Source: a bacterium
GTDB taxonomy: Bacteria > Patescibacteriota > Patescibacteriia > UBA1558 > GWA2-36-10
Direction of reading: 5' to 3'
Assembly (NCBI GenBank): GCA_018653315.1
Contig: JABIAL010000016.1
Span: forward strand, 3,433 to 67,432
DNA: 64,000 nucleotides
Position 1 is the stretch's first letter. Each line of letters opens with the position of its first letter. Below, piece by piece: positions 57,768-64,000 of this stretch. The notes under the pieces were generated by a model. That model had not been told where the DNA came from, made no database searches, and saw only the letters and a program-made list of their open reading frames with translations. The translations under genes and the position numbers were made by a program.

Positions 57768-58655
57768 ATGTTTAATATTGTATTTACAATTTTAATCATT
57801 GCCTCGCTTATATTTATTATTTGGTTAATAATTCAAAAATTACCAAAATTAATAAATATCAATGTAGCTAATTTGCCACATTTTCAAGTGAAGCAAAAAA
57901 AAGAAGATATTCTAAAGACTCGTATTAAAAGAGATTTAGTAAAGGTGTTTTCTAGTTGGCGACATATTTCATTACCGGCTCGTGATAGAGTTTTTGATTG
58001 GTTCAAAAATAATTATAGTAAACTAAAAGAATTAGAAAAAGATTTACGTCGTCGTAGTTTGCAACAATTTAGTTCAAGCCTTGATAAATCACAGACAGTT
58101 GATGAATTGTTATTAGAGGCAAAAAACGCTATTAATAACGAAGAGTACGATAAGGCAGAAAATTTATTATTAGAAGTTTTGGCAATTGACCAATACAGTA
58201 TAGAATCTTATAAAATATTAGCAGAGGTTTATCGAGATAAAAAAGAATACGAGCAAGCTAAAGAAACTTTGCAATATTTATTAAAGTTAACCCACAATGA
58301 AGATGCAGGAGTTTTTACTTCTCTAGCAGAGCTAGCACATACTCGTGGTAATCTAAAGCAGGCTGAAGATGAATATTTGCGTTCTATATCTTTGGCTGAG
58401 GATAATTATCTTAATTTTTTATCATTAGCAGAAGTATATATAGAGTTAGATGATCAAGAAAGTGCTTTAGAATCAGCTCAAAGAGCATTGTCGTTAGCTC
58501 CAAATAACCCTAAGGTTCTTGACTTTTTGATAAATATCAGTATAATTATTCAAGATAAAGAACTAGCCAAGAAGTATTTAGGTAGATTGAAAGAGGTAAA
58601 TCCAGAGAATCAGAAGATAGCTCATTTTATAGAGAATATTGATAAATTACATTAA
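57768..58655 (+). CDS. Membrane-anchored TPR protein
   Basis: N-terminal TM followed by multiple TPR-like helical repeats. Confidence 0.8.
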   Translation: MFNIVFTILIIASLIFIIWLIIQKLPKLININVANLPHFQVKQKKEDILKTRIKRDLVKVFSSWRHISLPARDRVFDWFKNNYSKLKELEKDLRRRSLQQFSSSLDKSQTVDELLLEAKNAINNEEYDKAENLLLEVLAIDQYSIESYKILAEVYRDKKEYEQAKETLQYLLKLTHNEDAGVFTSLAELAHTRGNLKQAEDEYLRSISLAEDNYLNFLSLAEVYIELDDQESALESAQRALSLAPNNPKVLDFLINISIIIQDKELAKKYLGRLKEVNPENQKIAHFIENIDKLH

Positions 58656-58712
58656 TCATAATACAATTATATTGTGAGTTGGCTAGTGTTTTAGTCAACT
58701 TTTATTTTTTAC

Positions 58713-58818
58713 ATGGGTCTGGTATCCTTCGGCGTTGCTCAGGATTACCGGACAATAATTTTTATATGGGTCTGGTATCCTTCGGCGTTGCTCAGGATTA
58801 CCGGACAATAATTTTTAT
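58713..58818 (+). repeat. Two exact 53-bp tandem repeats containing a tRNA-Tyr 5' fragment and a REP hairpin
   Basis: ATGGGTCTGGTATCCTTCGGCGTTGCTCAGGATTACCGGACAATAATTTTTAT x2, in register with the start of tRNA-Tyr. Confidence 0.9.
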
Positions 58819-58820
58819 AT

Positions 58821-58906
58821 GGGTCGGTACCGAAGCGGTCAAACGGGGCAGACTGTAAATCTGCTGGCTTTCGCCTTCGGGGGTTCGAATCCCTCCCGGC
58901 CCACCA
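58821..58906 (+). tRNA. tRNA-Tyr(GTA)
   Basis: Anticodon arm GCAGA-CTGTAAA-TCTGC, long variable arm, GGTTCGAATCC, CCA end. Confidence 0.96.
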
Positions 58907-59027
58907 CTCGATTCGCTTTTTGCTTCGCAAAAGCTCACTCGTGGTCGCCGGTGCTTGATAGCACCTTTGACCTTTCTTTTTAAAGAATCGAGTGTCCCGA
59001 GCGAACGAAGAGAGTCGAGGGACATTC
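58903..59027. repeat. Inverted pair of REP-like palindromes at the tRNA-Tyr 3' end
   Basis: ACCAC-TCGAT...CACTC-GTGGT and TGTCCC-GAGCG...AGTCGA-GGGACA. Confidence 0.8.
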
Positions 59028-59049
59028 AAATAGGATAAAAAGAAAAGCA

Positions 59050-59301
59050 ATGAAGAAATACTATATTTATCTAGCTAGATGTAATGATCAAACCCTCTAT
59101 ACGGGATACACAAGTAATTTAATACAAAGAGAGGCTAAGCACAATGCAGGAGAAGGTGCGAAATACACCAGGGCTAGACGTCCAATACGAATTATTTATT
59201 CTGAGAAATTTAATACAATAAGCGAGGCCATGATAAGAGAATGCCAAATAAAGAGCTGGACAAAATTGAAGAAAGAAAAATTAATTAAGAAACAACCATA
59301 A
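59050..59301 (+). CDS. GIY-YIG nuclease (YazA/YhbQ, UPF0213)
   Basis: YYIY..RC.D.TLYTGYT.NL..R...HN.G.GAKYTR.RRP......A..RE..IK. Confidence 0.93.
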   Translation: MKKYYIYLARCNDQTLYTGYTSNLIQREAKHNAGEGAKYTRARRPIRIIYSEKFNTISEAMIRECQIKSWTKLKKEKLIKKQP

Positions 59302-59306
59302 TCTGT

Positions 59307-59378
<72 letters not shown>

Positions 59379-59381
<3 letters not shown>

Positions 59382-59488
59382 TTCGACTGCGTTTTACTCC
59401 ATAAAACTCCGCTCATGGCCGTTGGCCACTTACTATAACATTTTATATATATCAAAGTCGAATGTCCTGAGCGTAGCCGAAGGGCGTT
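59379..59488. repeat. Inverted pair of REP-like palindromes at the tRNA-Thr(GGT) 3' end
   Basis: CCAT-TCGAC...CGCTC-ATGG and AATGTCCT-GAGCGTAGCCGA-AGGGCGTT. Confidence 0.8.
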
Positions 59489-59543
59489 ACAATAACCAGC
59501 CGAAAGGCTGTTTTTTTATACCTAAACATGCTATTTTGATGAT

Positions 59544-60401
59544 ATGCCAGAATTACCAGAAGTAGAAACAATTAGGCAAGATCTTAGTCAAAAGATTATT
59601 AATAAAAAGATTAAGTTAGTTGAAGTTCATAAAACTAACATGATTAAAGATGTTAAATCTAAGTTTATTAATAATTTAAAAAATAATCAGATAATCAGAG
59701 CTGATCGAATCGGCAAGTTGTTGATTTTTGATTTGGCTTCTGGAAATCATTTATTAGTTCATTTGAGAATGACTGGACAGCTTATCTATGTCTTAAAAAA
59801 TGATGTTACAGCTGGAGGACATGATTGGCCACAAGTAGATAGTCTACCAAATAAATATTCACATATTATTTTTCATTTTAGTGATAATTCTAAACTATTT
59901 TTCAATGATTTACGGCAGTTTGGTTATATGCAAATAGTAAATAGCCAAACTAAAGATGAAATTAAAAAGAAATTTGGTATTGAGCCATTACAAAGTGATT
60001 TTACTTGGAATAATTTTAAAAAATTATTAGCTAAGAAAAAAAGCATTTTAAAACTATTTTTATTAAATCAGCAAATGATTTCTGGTATTGGTAATATCTA
60101 TGCCGATGAAATTTGTTTTCGAGCTGGTGTGTTGCCAGACAGAAGATTGAATACCTTAACTGAGACTGAAAAGAAAAAAATATTTCAAACTTGCCAGTAT
60201 ATTATTAAAAAAGCGATAGAAAAAAGAGGAACAACTTTTAGTAATTACGTAGATAGCGATGCTAAAAGTGGAAACTTTTCAGATCAGCTCAAAGTTTATG
60301 GCAGAGGAGGAGAAAGATGTTTAAGTTGTCGACAAGAAATTATAAAAAAGGTAAGATTAGGAGGTAGGGGAACAACTTTTTGTCCTAATTGTCAAAAATA
60401 A
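59544..60401 (+). CDS. mutM: Formamidopyrimidine-DNA glycosylase
   Basis: MPELPEVE, HLRMTG, GIGNIYADE, C-terminal zinc finger. Confidence 0.97.
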   Translation: MPELPEVETIRQDLSQKIINKKIKLVEVHKTNMIKDVKSKFINNLKNNQIIRADRIGKLLIFDLASGNHLLVHLRMTGQLIYVLKNDVTAGGHDWPQVDSLPNKYSHIIFHFSDNSKLFFNDLRQFGYMQIVNSQTKDEIKKKFGIEPLQSDFTWNNFKKLLAKKKSILKLFLLNQQMISGIGNIYADEICFRAGVLPDRRLNTLTETEKKKIFQTCQYIIKKAIEKRGTTFSNYVDSDAKSGNFSDQLKVYGRGGERCLSCRQEIIKKVRLGGRGTTFCPNCQK

Positions 60402-60416
60402 ATTAAAATAAATATT

Positions 60417-61064
60417 ATGAAAGCTAAACATTGGAATTATTTATCATGGCTAGTGATTTTGATCACTATTTTTGCTTCTGCTTATTTTTATGACAAATTA
60501 CCAGATCAAGTAGTCACTCATTGGAATGCGGCTGGTGAGCCAGATGGCTGGGGTAGTAAAAACTTCGTCACATTTTTTATACCAGGTTTATTGATAGGAA
60601 TGTATTTATTATTTCAATGGTTACCAAAACTTGATCCCAAAAAAGCAAATTATGCTAAATTTTTTAATATTTATAAAATATTTCAGTTTGTCATAATTGC
60701 ATTTTTAAGTTTTATGTATTTTATTACCACTCTATACAACATAGGTTGGAAAATTGACATTGGCGCTACCATTAGTATCGTTGTTGGTTTGATGATGGTC
60801 ATCTTTGGCTCTAACATGAAAAAGATCAAAACAAATTGGTTTATTGGTATTCGTACACCCTGGACATTATCTAGTGAAGTTGTTTGGAAAAAAACTCATG
60901 AATTTGCTGCCAAAATCTTTGTTTTTGGTGGCTTATTATTTATTATCATTAGTTTTTTACCAGCAGAGTGGTTTATGTGGTTATTGATATTAATTATTTT
61001 AGTATTGTTAAGTCCAGCTGTGTATTCTTATTTTATTTTTCGTGATATTAAAGAAAAGAGCTAA
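60417..61064 (+). CDS. SdpI/DUF1648 family membrane protein
   Basis: LP....HWN..G.PDG, N.FIGIRTPWTL....W.KTH. Confidence 0.9.
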   Translation: MKAKHWNYLSWLVILITIFASAYFYDKLPDQVVTHWNAAGEPDGWGSKNFVTFFIPGLLIGMYLLFQWLPKLDPKKANYAKFFNIYKIFQFVIIAFLSFMYFITTLYNIGWKIDIGATISIVVGLMMVIFGSNMKKIKTNWFIGIRTPWTLSSEVVWKKTHEFAAKIFVFGGLLFIIISFLPAEWFMWLLILIILVLLSPAVYSYFIFRDIKEKS

Positions 61065-61248
61065 TTTTAGCTAAAATGTCAATAAAAACAATAGATAAAA
61101 GTCTATTGTTTTGTGTTTAGGTTGACAAAAACGTAAATATATGCTATGATTATATATCATTCAGAGAATTGCATATATCGTATTTTCTGAGATGTGCACC
61201 TTAAAAAAAGAACAAGAACAAGAAAATAAAGAAAGAAGGAGAAAGAAA

Positions 61249-62667
61249 ATGGAAACCTTACAGAGTTTTCTCATGAATTTGGGCTGGGGTCAGTCCATTA
61301 GTCACGGTATCGCTTGGGTTATGATTTGGATCGGCGTAGCGGCTGTTATTGCTTTGGTGCTATACAAAGTTTTGGCAGAACTTTTGACGTCAATGGATCT
61401 GTCAAAGAAGAAGAATAAACAAATTCTAGCACGTCTAAACGCCGCCTTTAGTGTTGCTTGGTTACTGTATTTTGTCATCCTACTTTGGATGCATAAGACT
61501 GGTAACTCAGTAGATGCAATTGTGCCAGAAATTGGAACGCCAAAATTTTCAATTCCTTGGTGGAAACTATTGTTTTCATCAATAGTTGTATTATCTGTTA
61601 TGCCGTTGTGGATTAAAACCCTTAGATCAAGTTTCTTTATTGACTTAAGGAACATCATCCAAGGTCAAGATCCTAAGTCAACTAACCCACCAAAACCGCA
61701 CTGGTTATCACTAGCTTCTGTCGTGTTATTAGTCTTAGGTCTGCTTTCTATTTTTTGGTTAGGCAAGGCGAGTATATATGTCTTACCATTAAGTTTGGCA
61801 GTTTCTTATTGGCTTGGTGGTATCATCATGGTGCCAATCAAGGAATACTACTTGCCTGTCTGGACTGAACAACCAATGTCTCTTATGGGCGATCTTGTTT
61901 CCAAGAAAGGTAAAGATCGTTATCATATCTTTAAGAGTGGTTTTCATTGGTTCTGGATTCCTACATGGTTTCCATGGTTCAAGATTTTCATGCTAAGACA
62001 TGAATCTGTGGAGCGTGTAGGTATCACTGCACAGGTGCCTACAGCACAGGCTGACGCTGGTGAGAGTGAGGATGATGCTGTTGATGCTAATATCATCGGT
62101 GCAACTATTGCTACTACCTTTCGTCTGACTTTAATGATTGGTCATGTGCCTAGTGTATTTTTGGACATGTCAAACGAGGAACAGGCTAGTATTTTGTTGG
62201 TGGCGATTCGTATCACCGAGGGTTGGTTAGCGAAGAATTATCGGGTTAAAAATATCCAAGAGATTATCTCTTGGGATCCGATGAAGCCTGAGTCTCCAGA
62301 AGACACTGCAGTCTTAGAAGATCTGAAGAATCTTTTATTACAGCGTATTGGTTGCAAGTTTGTTGGCATCCAGTTTATGGATCACAATCCAGCAGCAGAA
62401 CTGGAAGATGCATCTAATAAGTTGGCTGCAGTTCGAGCAGAAAAGCAACGAGAGGGCATTCTCGGTGAAGCTGCTGGTTTGCATCTTAATCAGGAGATTA
62501 AGCAGGTACTTAGTTTAATTGCAGTTGACCCTGAGCACCCTACTGCTGAAGAAAAAAGCTCTGCAATGAGATACATCATTGAGCGTGACGAGGCTTCTCG
62601 TTCAGCACATATTATGCCACGTGGTAGTGGTGGCGCTGGTGTGATGGTCAATCACCCTGGACAGTAA
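61249..62667 (+). CDS. Multi-TM protein with possible divergent SPFH/Band-7 domain
   Basis: ATG 61249 after SD AAGGAG; promoter TTGACA-17-TATGAT; SGFHW..P, IGC.F..I...D..P and AE-rich helix resemble SPFH. Confidence 0.5.
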   Translation: METLQSFLMNLGWGQSISHGIAWVMIWIGVAAVIALVLYKVLAELLTSMDLSKKKNKQILARLNAAFSVAWLLYFVILLWMHKTGNSVDAIVPEIGTPKFSIPWWKLLFSSIVVLSVMPLWIKTLRSSFFIDLRNIIQGQDPKSTNPPKPHWLSLASVVLLVLGLLSIFWLGKASIYVLPLSLAVSYWLGGIIMVPIKEYYLPVWTEQPMSLMGDLVSKKGKDRYHIFKSGFHWFWIPTWFPWFKIFMLRHESVERVGITAQVPTAQADAGESEDDAVDANIIGATIATTFRLTLMIGHVPSVFLDMSNEEQASILLVAIRITEGWLAKNYRVKNIQEIISWDPMKPESPEDTAVLEDLKNLLLQRIGCKFVGIQFMDHNPAAELEDASNKLAAVRAEKQREGILGEAAGLHLNQEIKQVLSLIAVDPEHPTAEEKSSAMRYIIERDEASRSAHIMPRGSGGAGVMVNHPGQ

Positions 62668-62685
62668 ATATTTTTTGTTCTTAAC

Positions 62686-62765
62686 CACACCCCAGATTAG
62701 AGGATCTGGGGTGTTTTTTTATCCAGCACTCACTTTTATTTTTTAGAAAAAAGTGAGCGCTGGAT
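62686..62765 (+). terminator. Terminator followed by a second long hairpin
   Basis: ACACCCCAGAT/ATCTGGGGTGT plus T-run; then ATCCAGC.CTCACTTTT/AAAAGTGAG.GCTGGAT. Confidence 0.75.
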
Positions 62766-62834
62766 TTATTTTGCCAATATTAAGATTTATGGTATAGTTA
62801 ATTCAATAATATTTTAATAATTTAAAGTAAAATT

Positions 62835-63152
62835 ATGCCTCAACAACAAGAATTTGATATCTTAAAAGAACTTGGTTTAGACGATTTGCCAGAAGAAAAA
62901 AAGCAAGCTTTACGAGAACAAATTGTAGATGTAATCGAATCTCGATTTAATAGAGCTTTGCTAAATGCTATGTCTGAAGAAGACAAGAAAGGATTTGATA
63001 AAGTTTTGGAAAAAGGTGAAGGAGTAGATGAATTTATCCAAGCTAAAGTTCCAAATTTTGTGGAATTACATCAAGAAATTATAGCTGACCTTAAACAAGA
63101 AATGTTAAAAATGAACGAAGAAGTTTTTAATAATCCTCCAAAGGCGGAGTAA
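62835..63152 (+). CDS. DUF5663-like small acidic protein
   Basis: DIL.ELGL..LPEEK......I...I..R...MSEED...F...VPNF pattern. Confidence 0.6.
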   Translation: MPQQQEFDILKELGLDDLPEEKKQALREQIVDVIESRFNRALLNAMSEEDKKGFDKVLEKGEGVDEFIQAKVPNFVELHQEIIADLKQEMLKMNEEVFNNPPKAE

Positions 63153-63164
63153 ACAAAAGATTAA

Positions 63165-63332
63165 ATGACTGATCAAGAAAGAATCAAAAAAATAGAAGAG
63201 ATTTACCAGATTTTTTTGACTGAATTAAGAGAATTAAAAGATAAAGCCGGTGCTAATACACAGGCTAAGATTAAATCTATTGAAAAAAAAGAAATAGATA
63301 AGATTTTAAATAAAATTCATAACCAATTATAA
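63165..63332 (+). CDS. Small coiled-coil hypothetical protein, 55 aa (not in the ORF track)
   Basis: MTDQERIKKIEEIYQIFL...NKIHNQL*, packed tightly between its neighbours. Confidence 0.65.
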   Translation: MTDQERIKKIEEIYQIFLTELRELKDKAGANTQAKIKSIEKKEIDKILNKIHNQL

Positions 63333-63334
63333 TT

Positions 63335-64000
63335 ATGCGACAAGAAAAAGATGATCCAAGGCAAATAGCGACCGCTGAGGAATTAAAAAATTATAACTTA
63401 GAAGATAGAGATGGTAATGAACGCGGAGAAAACACTCTTGAAGATTTTAGTGAAGAAACATTGGTAAATATTAACAGTGAGGCAAGTGATACTAGAGCAG
63501 CATTACCAAAAGAAACTGTTGTTATTGACGGAATAGAGAATAAAGCCGTAGATGGAGTACATAATGTGTTAAGTGATAAAGAACAGAGAGATCAAGAAAT
63601 GAATTCAGCTTGGAACGACAAGGCTGAAGAAGGAAAAACAAAAGAGAAAAAAAAGGAAAAACAAAAGAGAAAGCAAGAAAATAAAGCTTGGAATATTAAG
63701 AAAAAGGAAGAGGCTCTAACTGAGGAGCAGAAGAAGAAAGACACAGAAAGGGCTTATGAATTCAATGAACATGAAAAAGCAGAAGAAAAGGAAAAATTAA
63801 GTGAATTACTGGGAGATGATGCAGAGGTAGATTTTAGTCCAAAGCATTCAACGGAGACCGTTAAAGATAGCGGCGAAGTCCCTATTGAAACAGGCAGTGA
63901 ATTAGCACCTGATTCTGAGTTAGGTTCTACTGAAATAGATAGTACTGGCAATGAATCAGTAGATAATCAAGAAACAATAACGGAGTTACGAGAATTAGAA
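63335..64000 (+). CDS. Acidic hypothetical protein (3' truncated by the window edge)
   Basis: ATG 63335; E/K-rich frame open to the window end. Confidence 0.7.
   Translation, partial: MRQEKDDPRQIATAEELKNYNLEDRDGNERGENTLEDFSEETLVNINSEASDTRAALPKETVVIDGIENKAVDGVHNVLSDKEQRDQEMNSAWNDKAEEGKTKEKKKEKQKRKQENKAWNIKKKEEALTEEQKKKDTERAYEFNEHEKAEEKEKLSELLGDDAEVDFSPKHSTETVKDSGEVPIETGSELAPDSELGSTEIDSTGNESVDNQETITELRELE

Noticed and set aside
58713-58825. CRISPR array
   Set aside because: Units are fully identical with no unique spacers, and no cas genes are present.

Overview
AT-rich bacterial chromosomal segment in standard genetic code 11. Gene content and style (fermentative glycolysis genes, tandem gpmI, dcw fragment, DUF5663-like and wHTH-NTase-like hypotheticals, housekeeping genes mostly without Shine-Dalgarno sites) suggest a Patescibacteria/CPR organism; this is inference, not a database result. 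The window holds a signalling-like cassette (acyl-CoA ligase, stand-alone 7TM, methyltransferase, N-acyl synthase-like GNAT, 7TM-GAF histidine kinase), glycolysis, rplJL with an L10 leader, mraZ-rsmH-ftsL-ftsI-murF, an Rrf2-sufCBDSU operon, recR/ybaB/dnaB, argS, asnS, aspS, scpAB, six tRNAs and several orphan single-gene units. Top observations: (1) an unannotated Asn-rich 20-codon leader ORF with antiterminator/terminator alternatives directly upstream of tRNA-Asn and asnS, i.e. a candidate ribosome-mediated attenuator controlling a tRNA gene; (2) a REP-like palindrome family (TCGAC...CGCTC core) whose stems incorporate the CCA ends of five tRNA genes, with disrupted tRNA 5' fragments upstream of intact tRNAs, an in-frame copy in ftsI, and a GIY-YIG nuclease between two decorated tRNAs; (3) the candidate N-acyl signal synthesis/sensing cassette; (4) a porin-like beta-barrel and two paralogous surface proteins with Cys-bounded variable loops. 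All calls come from reading the sequence and recognising motifs; no searches were run.
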